DNA of 64,000 nucleotides from Holosporales bacterium (GTDB lineage Bacteria; Pseudomonadota; Alphaproteobacteria; RUG11792): NCBI GenBank assembly GCA_031269095.1, contig JAIRWI010000030.1, positions 27,212 to 91,211 of the forward strand, read 5' to 3'. Shown piece by piece: positions 56,286 to 64,000 of this stretch (position 1 is its first letter; each line of letters starts with the position of its first letter). The notes under the pieces were generated by a model. It saw only the letters and a program-made list of their open reading frames with translations, ran no database searches and was not told where the DNA came from. The position numbers and the translations under genes were made by a program.

Positions 56286-56870
56286 ATGGCAAAACTCTAC
56301 TTTTATTACTCCGCAATGAACGCTGGAAAAACAACAAAACTCTTACAGAGTAGTTTTAACTATAGGGAGAGAGGAATGGGAACCATACTCTACACATATA
56401 AATTTGATAATCGCTTTGGAAATCCAAAAATATCTTCACGAATTGGGCTGTCTGATGAAGCTTTTCTATATGATAAGGATTTTAATATATATAGTGATGT
56501 TTTGAATAGAAAAGGCGAAAAAACCGCCTGTGTACTTGTTGATGAAGCGCAATTTTTAACTAAATCCCAAGTTAGTCAATTGTGCAAAATTGTGGACGAT
56601 ATGGATATTGCTGTTCTTACGTATGGACTTCGTACGGATTTTTTAGGGGAAGCATTTGAAGGGAGCTTGTATCTTCTTCTCTGGGCTGATGAATTGATAG
56701 AGGTTAAAACTATATGTCATTGTGGAAAAAAAGCTATAATGAATGCGAGATTTGATGCAGGTAGAAATTTCCAGAAATCCGGAGAACAAATCGATATAGG
56801 GGGTAATGAAAAGTATGTCTCTTTATGCAGAAAGCATTATAATGAGAGAAATGTCGGAGAACAAGCCTAA
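56286..56870 (+). CDS. tdk: thymidine kinase
   Basis: 194 aa. Motifs [10 protein letters not shown] (P-loop), VLVDEAQF, and the Cys pairs CHCGKKA...SLCRKH. Confidence 0.93.
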   Translation: MAKLYFYYSAMNAGKTTKLLQSSFNYRERGMGTILYTYKFDNRFGNPKISSRIGLSDEAFLYDKDFNIYSDVLNRKGEKTACVLVDEAQFLTKSQVSQLCKIVDDMDIAVLTYGLRTDFLGEAFEGSLYLLLWADELIEVKTICHCGKKAIMNARFDAGRNFQKSGEQIDIGGNEKYVSLCRKHYNERNVGEQA

Positions 56871-56930
56871 AAAATTTGGTTTTTTATGTGTATTATTGGT
56901 TTGTAGCTTTTGCATTAATCATAAAACAGA

Positions 56931-58313
56931 ATGACCAAAAAAGTTGAAATAGACTCCAGAAACGTTCAGAAGGGGGATATTTTTGTCGCTATTCCATGTT
57001 CTAATTTTGATCGCAATGTGGAGGAGGCAATCCGAAATGGTGCTTCCATTATTGTATCAGAAAATAACAGTATAGGAGATTTACACACTACAGACGCCAG
57101 ATTAATTGCATCAAAACTAGCTGCATTTTGTTATAACGGTAACAATGAACAACGGATAAATAATTGTGTTGCAGTAACGGGAACTAATGGAAAGAGTTCT
57201 GTTGTACATTTTTTAGGAGAAATTTGGAAACATAATAACATAAACTCAGCTTGCCTTGGCACAAATGGAATGTATATAAATGGCATTAAAAATAACACTT
57301 CTACTAATTTAACAACCCCAGACTGTGTAACTCTTCATAAAATAATTTCATCCTTGAGTAGAGAGCATAACATAGAGTACTTTGCATTCGAAGCTTCAAG
57401 CCATGCGCTTGCTCAAAAAAGGCTACACAGTGTTAGTCTCAAAGTTGCAGCTTTCACTAATCTAGGTTCCGACCATCTTGATTACCATGAAACTAAGGAA
57501 GAATATTTTCTTGCTAAACAAAAAATCTTTACTGAAATTGGAGCAGATTATTCAGTTTTTTCGAAAGATGACCCATATGTTTTCAACACTCTTTTCAGTT
57601 TATCTCATAAAAACATCACGACTTTTGGATATAGTTCATTTAATGATATTTATCCAATAAATATTCAAAATTTAAATAATATGGATTTGTTTGATTTAAA
57701 CATAAAAGGCGAAATATATAAAAATATATTTATCAAAATGTTTGGCAAATTCCAAATACTTAATGTATTATGTGCTTGCTCAATAGCCCTGTCACTTGGT
57801 TTAAAAATATCTGATGTGGTCAACGTTTTGGATAAATTAACCCCACTCGAAGGAAGAATGGAACACGTCACATCATATAATGGTGCAGATATATATGTCG
57901 ATTATGCACATACAATAGAAGGATTCCGTAATTTGCTCTTAACTGTTAAATATATTTGTAGAGGGAGGCTTATTACTGTTTTTGGTTGTGGAGGGGATAG
58001 GGATAAAAGTAAACGCTCAGTTTTTGGAGAAATTGCTGGGGAAATAGCTAATATAAATATAATTACAGATGACAATCCAAGAAGCGAAGATCCAGGATAT
58101 ATTCGTAAAGAAATAATAAAAAACTGTAAGAATGTAGAGGAAATAGCTGATAGAAAAGAGGCTATAAAACATGCTATATCTTTGTTAGAAAATGGGGATA
58201 TTATGGTAGTTATAGGTAAAGGCCATGAAACTACCCAAATTTATAAGAAAAAAATTCTTTCTCACAATGACAAAGAGTTTGTATTAGATAGTATCCCCAA
58301 CTCCACTGGGTAA
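56931..58313 (+). CDS. murE: UDP-N-acetylmuramoyl-L-alanyl-D-glutamate--2,6-diaminopimelate ligase
   Basis: 460 aa. Motifs VTGTNGKSS, FEASSHAL and TDDNPRSEDP. DNPR is the meso-DAP-specific motif. Confidence 0.92.
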   Translation: MTKKVEIDSRNVQKGDIFVAIPCSNFDRNVEEAIRNGASIIVSENNSIGDLHTTDARLIASKLAAFCYNGNNEQRINNCVAVTGTNGKSSVVHFLGEIWKHNNINSACLGTNGMYINGIKNNTSTNLTTPDCVTLHKIISSLSREHNIEYFAFEASSHALAQKRLHSVSLKVAAFTNLGSDHLDYHETKEEYFLAKQKIFTEIGADYSVFSKDDPYVFNTLFSLSHKNITTFGYSSFNDIYPINIQNLNNMDLFDLNIKGEIYKNIFIKMFGKFQILNVLCACSIALSLGLKISDVVNVLDKLTPLEGRMEHVTSYNGADIYVDYAHTIEGFRNLLLTVKYICRGRLITVFGCGGDRDKSKRSVFGEIAGEIANINIITDDNPRSEDPGYIRKEIIKNCKNVEEIADRKEAIKHAISLLENGDIMVVIGKGHETTQIYKKKILSHNDKEFVLDSIPNSTG

Positions 58314-58314
58314 C

Positions 58315-58420
58315 TATACTCACTCCAGTTAGCGAAGAGATAATTTTTCAAAATCTATCCCAAGAATTATTGATGTTTTAGGTATATTTATCGATATCAA
58401 TTTTAAATAGAACAACTATA
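58315..58420 (+). repeat. R1 MITE-like unit, subfamily R1a, head at left
   Basis: tatactcactccagttagcgaagagataatttttcaaaatctatcccaagaattattgatgttttaggtatatttatcgatatcaattttaaatagaacaactata. Starts 2 nt after the murE stop. Confidence 0.8.
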
Positions 58421-58577
58421 ACAGAGATGAATGTAGAAAATAGCTAGATCGATAAGATCGAACTAAAGTTCTATTAGTTAGAAAATTCAATTATTTTTAA
58501 TTTTTACATCACTTGATGTTGAAAATTAGAGAACTTATAATTCCAAACATTATGTTAAAAAAGAACAGTAGTCAGAC

Positions 58578-60389
58578 TTGTCAAAAATAAAGCTACTCAG
58601 CGATGACATTATAAATCAAATAGCAGCCGGGGAAATAATAACCGGGCCTCACTCAGCATTAAAAGAGCTCGTAGAAAATTCAATTGATGCTTCTGCTAAA
58701 AATATTGAAATCTATCTAAAAGATGGAGGAATGTCAAAAATTGTTGTTTCTGATGATGGAATCGGAATGGACAGAGAAGATCTTCTAATGTCGCTAAAAC
58801 GTCACTCAACTTCAAAATTAAATCAAAATAACCTCTTTGAAATATATACTTATGGATTTCGTGGAGAAGCCATCCCATCTATAGCTTCTGTCAGCAATTT
58901 CATCCTTGAATCAGAATCAAACGGTATTTCAGTTAATTTTGGAGATATTTCAGAAATTTACCCATCCAATATAAATATCGGCACAAGAGTTTCAATCACA
59001 AATCTGTTCAGCAAAATTCCGGCACGCCTTAAATTTATGAAATCTATTAGCACAGAGTTTTCTAAATGTATAAGGGTTATTGAAAACTTCGCATTAACCA
59101 CTCCTGATATTAACTTTTTAGTCAGAAACGACCAAAAGCTAATAGTCTCTTACTGCAAAAATTCTCTAGAAAACAGAATTTCACAAATTTACACTAAAAA
59201 TATCTTTGAAAAAGGAATTTATTTTGAAGAAAGTTCTAAAAATATAAAAGCCTGGGGATATCTTTTTCACCCTAGCCATAGCAAATATAGTTCATCAAAC
59301 TCAGTTAGGCTTTTTGTAAACAACAGAATCGTAAGCAATAAAATGGTAAATACGGCAGTTAAAATCGGATACAGAAATATAATAGATAACATGAGATATC
59401 CCCTCGCAATTTTATATATAGAAATAGATCCATTTTTTATTGACATAAATATATCACCGACCAAATCTGACGTTCGTTTTAGAGATGAAAGTACCGTACA
59501 AAGGTTTATTATCGATGTCGTATCAAAGAATATACAAAAATTCAACAGAATCGCTCTAGATTTTAGTTTTTTTGAAAAATCGAAAGAAGAAAAAGAGACA
59601 AATATAGATTTTTCAGCTTCTTTCCCAGAGAAAGAACTGGGAATTGTTCAAAATAATACTAACGTAATAGACATAAAATCACCTAATCGCAGTTTTGAAA
59701 CTTCAAATGTTTATGATGAAAAAACTGTAGAAAACGTGATAAATACAAAAAAACCACAGTTTTTTGAAGAAAATATTAATTTTTTTGGAAAAGTGATCGG
59801 ACAAATCTTTGATACCTATATAATCTCTTACAACGAAATATCTAAAGAAGTTTTTATTATTGACCAACACGCTGTCCATGAAAAAATGACTATGAACAAA
59901 AAATTAGATAATGCAGATAATAATATTCAATATTTCATAAAACCGGAAGTTATAAATATACCTCACCTCATAGATAACGAAATAAAAGACACTATTGAAA
60001 AATACGGATTTCGCATAGATATAATTCTATCAAAAGATTGTGAAACCCTTGGAACAAACGCTCTGGACGTATGTCTTTCTTCCACTAACTCTATGGTTAT
60101 AGTAAATGCAATTCCTGGGATAATGAACAAAGAGGAAGCCTTTAACTTAATAAATGATGTATTAGATGGCAAAAATAATTGCGAAAAGGAAGAATATATA
60201 AGAACGAGAATAGCTGATATTTCCTGCCATAATAGCATCAGAGCAGGAAGAAAATTGTCTCAGAACGAAATGACCCAATTCTTGGAAGATATGGAAAAGA
60301 CTAAAGACGTACACCAGTGCAATCATCATAGACCATCATTTTTGGTTATCAACAGAAATACCCTAGAAAAAGAATTTGAAAGAACTTAA
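58578..60389 (+). CDS. mutL: DNA mismatch repair protein MutL
   Basis: 603 aa, TTG start. GHKL ATPase motifs LKELVENSIDA, VSDDGIGM and YGFRGEA. C-terminal dimerisation region with CNHHRPS. Confidence 0.93.
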   Translation: MSKIKLLSDDIINQIAAGEIITGPHSALKELVENSIDASAKNIEIYLKDGGMSKIVVSDDGIGMDREDLLMSLKRHSTSKLNQNNLFEIYTYGFRGEAIPSIASVSNFILESESNGISVNFGDISEIYPSNINIGTRVSITNLFSKIPARLKFMKSISTEFSKCIRVIENFALTTPDINFLVRNDQKLIVSYCKNSLENRISQIYTKNIFEKGIYFEESSKNIKAWGYLFHPSHSKYSSSNSVRLFVNNRIVSNKMVNTAVKIGYRNIIDNMRYPLAILYIEIDPFFIDINISPTKSDVRFRDESTVQRFIIDVVSKNIQKFNRIALDFSFFEKSKEEKETNIDFSASFPEKELGIVQNNTNVIDIKSPNRSFETSNVYDEKTVENVINTKKPQFFEENINFFGKVIGQIFDTYIISYNEISKEVFIIDQHAVHEKMTMNKKLDNADNNIQYFIKPEVINIPHLIDNEIKDTIEKYGFRIDIILSKDCETLGTNALDVCLSSTNSMVIVNAIPGIMNKEEAFNLINDVLDGKNNCEKEEYIRTRIADISCHNSIRAGRKLSQNEMTQFLEDMEKTKDVHQCNHHRPSFLVINRNTLEKEFERT

Positions 60390-60427
60390 ATCATTTGAAA
60401 TATTGGAAAAACATCAAACAGAAATAC

Positions 60428-62215
60428 CTAGAACGCCTGTCCAATACTCAAATATATATTTAAAAAAGAGTCTATAAATTTTCCAGAGGCACTAAGTCTT
60501 CTATTAAAAGGAAAAGCCACATCAAGGCGAATTGGGCCAAGAGGAGTATAGTACCGCACTCCAATTCCTCCTGAATACATAAGTTTTTTTCCAAATGGAT
60601 TTTTCGTATTAAAAACATTTCCACCTTCTATAAAAACAACTGCCTCAATTTTTTCTGTCACCATAAACCTTGGTTCAATACCAAATTCTAAAATAGACCC
60701 TCCTCCAAGAGGTTTATTTTTTTCGTCAAGATCTCCCAACATCTGATATGAATACCCTCTCACTGAATCACTCCCCCCCCCAAAAAACAATTTATCTCTT
60801 GGTAATTTTTCTGTTCCTGAATGAATTATACATCCACTTTTTATATAACAAGCGACAATAACATCGGAATTATACATATCACGTACCTGAAAAGGAAAAT
60901 AAAACGAAAACTTACCATTTAAATTTGTGATCCTTTTTGTACTTATATATGGAGTAACTGAAACCATTGCACGGGTGCCAGAATGTGGAGAAAGATAATC
61001 ATCCGTGTTATCAATATTAAGTCCAAGTGGAATACCAATTGCGTTAAAAGATTCGTATTTTTCAATAGGTTCATCTTCAATCTTATCGTCAGTTCTGGAA
61101 TTTTCTGCCGACATGCCAATTCCAAAGTTCGTATTCTTAAATCGAGAAACTCTATTCCATACCATAGATTCTCCTGCCGCCTTTTTCAGCTTATAAGACT
61201 CAGTATTCTCAACAGTATAATAAAGCTGGTTTTTCAGTTCATCTCCTCTACGTAACAAATCATGCATATTATATCTCAATTTTTCGCTTTGAATTCTTTT
61301 TGAAAAGGTAGTAGTTGTTGAAAAACTGGATCCTTTGTCATCGATATTGTAGTGTATCCAGGAAAATGATGCCCCCACCCCTTCAATAGTGCTGTAATTA
61401 ACTCCAGCTTGTATACTTCTTGGTTTAGCCTCTTCTGCAGTAATTACCAAAAAGCCATCATCATCTACTTCAATATCAACTGAGCTAAATATATTATAGT
61501 CTTTTAGATGATCCTTAGTTCTTTCACAAACATCTTCCTTATAAATATCTCCCTTTTTCCATAAGACTCTGTTTCTAATAAAATTTTCTAATTTTTTATT
61601 TTTTATGATAATTTTCGTTCCCATAATAATTACTTTTTTACCTAAAACAATCTCAAACACAGCCTTGAATGTTTTTCTTTCTCGGTTTACAACAAGTTTA
61701 GGAGTACCAATTTTAACAAATACAAATCCACGATTTTTATAAAATTTATGCAATTTTTCCATTGCTTCAGTTATCTTCTTCATAGAAACGTAATCATTCT
61801 GTTTTATTTCCATGAGATTAAAAACTTCACGAACTTTAATCCCAGAAAAGTATGAAGAATCATCCGCATACTCTAACGACAAATCATTAAATCTATACCT
61901 TTCTCCTGGATTTATTTTTATAAAAAACACCTCCCCCTTTATTGAGGAATTAACTTTTGCTTCAAAATAACCAAAAGATTTTAGAATAGTTTTTATTATT
62001 TTAATATCGTTTATTATCCTATATTCCTTAGAAATCGAATTATAACTCGATATATCGTTATATTTATTTAATGATACTTTTATATTAGACACTATAAGGG
62101 TTATAATTTCTTTGTCTTCAATCCCTTCTACTTGAATATGTTTTAAATTCTCAGAAAAAGCGTTTCCAGTTAGGATAACAGTTAACAAAATGTGAATAAT
62201 AATGAATTTTTTCAC
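60428..62215 (-). CDS. Omp85-family outer-membrane protein (TamA-like size and architecture)
   Basis: 595 aa. Signal peptide MKKFIIIHILLTVILTGNAFS. POTRA-like N-terminal part. C-terminal beta-barrel-like region ending LSIGQAF (terminal Phe). The size fits TamA (about 580 aa) rather than BamA (about 780 aa). Confidence 0.65.
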   Translation of the reverse strand: MKKFIIIHILLTVILTGNAFSENLKHIQVEGIEDKEIITLIVSNIKVSLNKYNDISSYNSISKEYRIINDIKIIKTILKSFGYFEAKVNSSIKGEVFFIKINPGERYRFNDLSLEYADDSSYFSGIKVREVFNLMEIKQNDYVSMKKITEAMEKLHKFYKNRGFVFVKIGTPKLVVNRERKTFKAVFEIVLGKKVIIMGTKIIIKNKKLENFIRNRVLWKKGDIYKEDVCERTKDHLKDYNIFSSVDIEVDDDGFLVITAEEAKPRSIQAGVNYSTIEGVGASFSWIHYNIDDKGSSFSTTTTFSKRIQSEKLRYNMHDLLRRGDELKNQLYYTVENTESYKLKKAAGESMVWNRVSRFKNTNFGIGMSAENSRTDDKIEDEPIEKYESFNAIGIPLGLNIDNTDDYLSPHSGTRAMVSVTPYISTKRITNLNGKFSFYFPFQVRDMYNSDVIVACYIKSGCIIHSGTEKLPRDKLFFGGGSDSVRGYSYQMLGDLDEKNKPLGGGSILEFGIEPRFMVTEKIEAVVFIEGGNVFNTKNPFGKKLMYSGGIGVRYYTPLGPIRLDVAFPFNRRLSASGKFIDSFLNIYLSIGQAF

Positions 62216-62404
62216 AATTTATGACAAATCAAAATATTATCAATAGATATCTATAAATTATTCACAATATTATAACTTTATCAACAATTATCCAATAACT
62301 TTAGCAAAACGCTAAATTTTCTAAATACCACTTGTGAAAAAAATGTTAATAAATTTATATGAACTAATTCACAGAGATTAATCACTACATAAACCTTATA
62401 TATA

Positions 62405-63907
62405 TCATTTATTATAGAATTTAACTCTTTTTAAGGCTTGAAAAAATACTTCGTCACGAAAAGCTATCATAGATAATCCGTATATAAATACTCCCACTCC
62501 AATAGCAAAAATAATACTAATATTTACTGTAAATTTCACTGATAAATACATAAAACATGACGAAACAACAACTTTTATCAAATTTAATAATGTTTTTTTA
62601 TTTAAAACAAACCAGTCTTTAGATTTTTTGTATATTATATAAGTATTAACAAACCCTGATATTGAAGTACTTACAGCGATTCCAAATACTCCAATGTATT
62701 TAATAAGTATATAATTTAATATTATATTACATATTATTGATATAACAGCTGCGAAAAGAGGAGTCTTTGAATTTTTCTTCGCAAATAGTATAGAACTGAG
62801 TATTTTACTCAGAATATAAGCCGGAAGCCCTATTGTAAACAATTGTAAAACAACCGAAGTATTATATACATCAGATTGTGTAAATTTTCCATGCCCATAA
62901 AATATGTCAATAACTTGGTATGAAATTGCAAATAACCCTACTGCAGCGGGGATTCCTATACGTATTGAAAATGTTACTATAAGATCTTTTAGGTTATAAA
63001 TTTTGGATTTATCCCCTGTTGAAAATATACGAGATATTTCGGGAAGAAGCACTGTTGCTACTGATATTCCAAATATGGCGAGGGGAAGTTGGATAAACCT
63101 ATCGGCATAATATATAAATGAAATTGACCCGGTTTCTAAGAATGATCCAAAAATTGTATCAACAAGCACGTTGAATTGGGAAACTCCAGCACCAATAATA
63201 ACTGGAGTTAATTTCTTTAAAAAATCCCTAACTTTGCGAGAAAATTTTATTTTTGCAAACTGAGGAGGCAAAATTTTTAATTTTTTCGCAACAATATATA
63301 AAAAAACTAACTGAATAATGCTACTGATCAGAACTCCATACGATATTCGATATCCAGCAGTTGTAAGATTAGTTCCCATAAATAATGAGCAAATTAGAAT
63401 TAGGTTTATCAAAATTGGAGTTAAAGAAAACGGCAAAAAATGGTTATAAGAAACTAATAGGCTACTATATACAGTTGATAAGGCTATAAACGCAACGCTT
63501 GGAAAAATAATTTTTGTAAATGAAACTGCCAATTCAAATTTTTCTGGAGTATTAACAAATCCAGGGGCCATTATCGATACAAATGTGTCAGCGAAGAAAA
63601 AAACTATGATAGACGATAAAAGCATAACCCAAAATAACAGGGTAAATATTTTGGAAGAAAATAAAAAAGCTCCTTTTTTTTTGTTTTTTGATGAGAAATC
63701 TATGAAATATGGAACAAATATCGAATGAAAACCACCTTCTGCGAAACATTTTCTAAAAAAACTAGGGAATCTGAATGCGACCAAAAAAGCATCCATTTCA
63801 ATACAAGTTCCTAAAAAGTGTGATAATACAGCTTCTCTTAATACCCCACACAGTCTACTTACAACTGTTAATCCACTTACGGTAAAAAACCTTTTTGCAA
63901 TAGGCAT
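62405..63907 (-). CDS. murJ: lipid II flippase MurJ (MviN)
   Basis: 500 aa, polytopic. N-terminus FFTVSGLTVVSRLCGVLREAVLSHFLGT, plus FFRKCFAEGGF, typical of MurJ. Confidence 0.9.
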   Translation of the reverse strand: MPIAKRFFTVSGLTVVSRLCGVLREAVLSHFLGTCIEMDAFLVAFRFPSFFRKCFAEGGFHSIFVPYFIDFSSKNKKKGAFLFSSKIFTLLFWVMLLSSIIVFFFADTFVSIMAPGFVNTPEKFELAVSFTKIIFPSVAFIALSTVYSSLLVSYNHFLPFSLTPILINLILICSLFMGTNLTTAGYRISYGVLISSIIQLVFLYIVAKKLKILPPQFAKIKFSRKVRDFLKKLTPVIIGAGVSQFNVLVDTIFGSFLETGSISFIYYADRFIQLPLAIFGISVATVLLPEISRIFSTGDKSKIYNLKDLIVTFSIRIGIPAAVGLFAISYQVIDIFYGHGKFTQSDVYNTSVVLQLFTIGLPAYILSKILSSILFAKKNSKTPLFAAVISIICNIILNYILIKYIGVFGIAVSTSISGFVNTYIIYKKSKDWFVLNKKTLLNLIKVVVSSCFMYLSVKFTVNISIIFAIGVGVFIYGLSMIAFRDEVFFQALKRVKFYNK

Positions 63908-64000
63908 TTATGTGAAAATATAAAAAAATACAAGATATTGTATGATAATTTTTCTTAGATTAAAACAAAATATTGTTGCAATAAAATCTTAATAAATATA

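Noticed and set aside
56140-56337. 65-aa minus-strand ORF overlapping the tdk start.
   Set aside because: It overlaps the well-supported tdk N-terminus (P-loop), and has no motif and an AT-rich low-complexity product.
60773-60781. Homopolymeric G/C tracts considered as slipped-strand phase-variation switches. They are C9 in the Omp85 gene (60773-60781), C8 in hisS (8174-8181), C7 and G7 in tpiA (1995-2001, 2492-2498), and G7 at the end of the 11549-12292 ORF.
   Set aside because: The same kind of tract occurs inside essential housekeeping genes (hisS, tpiA), where on/off switching is implausible. All the tracts encode Gly-Gly or Pro-Pro in intact frames. They are noted only as possible sequencing or replication slippage hazards.

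Overview
AT-rich, gene-dense bacterial chromosome segment with about 52 protein-coding genes and one tRNA-Cys. I found no rRNA, CRISPR array, prophage, or transposase/integrase ORF. Most genes are housekeeping: tpiA, thrS, gatC, pfk, hisS, rnhA, tmk, potAB, dapE, acs, dnaE, mreB, dnaG-rpoD, gltX-acpS, accA, asd, dnaB, carD, miaB, rimP-nusA-infB, ffh, tdk, murE, mutL, murJ. Several neighbouring genes overlap by 4 bp (ATGA). The organism looks like a reduced-genome, host-associated alphaproteobacterium (Rickettsiales/Holosporales-like). This is an inference from tolC-popZ(DUF2497) synteny, a DUF1058-type SH3 protein, CarD, the compact gene layout and the base composition, not a database result. 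Five things stand out. (1) A family of about 105-bp repeats bounded by terminal inverted repeats (MITE-like, called R1 here). I count at least 19 copies in three subfamilies. They fill nearly every long intergenic spacer, always lie 3' of a gene, sometimes form head-out inverted dimers, and form a six-unit array between infB and ffh. Three further dispersed non-coding repeat families (R2-R4) also occur. (2) A signal-peptide protein (9176-10090) with a nucleotide-deaminase-like H-x-E...P-x-C-x-x-C signature and a long poly-Asp/Glu tail. It sits next to a secreted Ser-rich basic protein. (3) An isolated type VI secretion baseplate gene (tssF-like) with no other T6SS gene in 64 kb. It is divergent from a 638-aa T/Q/P-rich protein carrying two tandem-repeat arrays. 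(4) Two more secreted or surface tandem-repeat proteins. (5) Smaller oddities: ThrRS without a TGS domain, a PFK with mixed phosphoryl-donor signature, potAB without potCD, and an orphan radical-SAM activase. Repeat coordinates were read by eye and are good to about +/-5 bp. No identities or GC values were computed.
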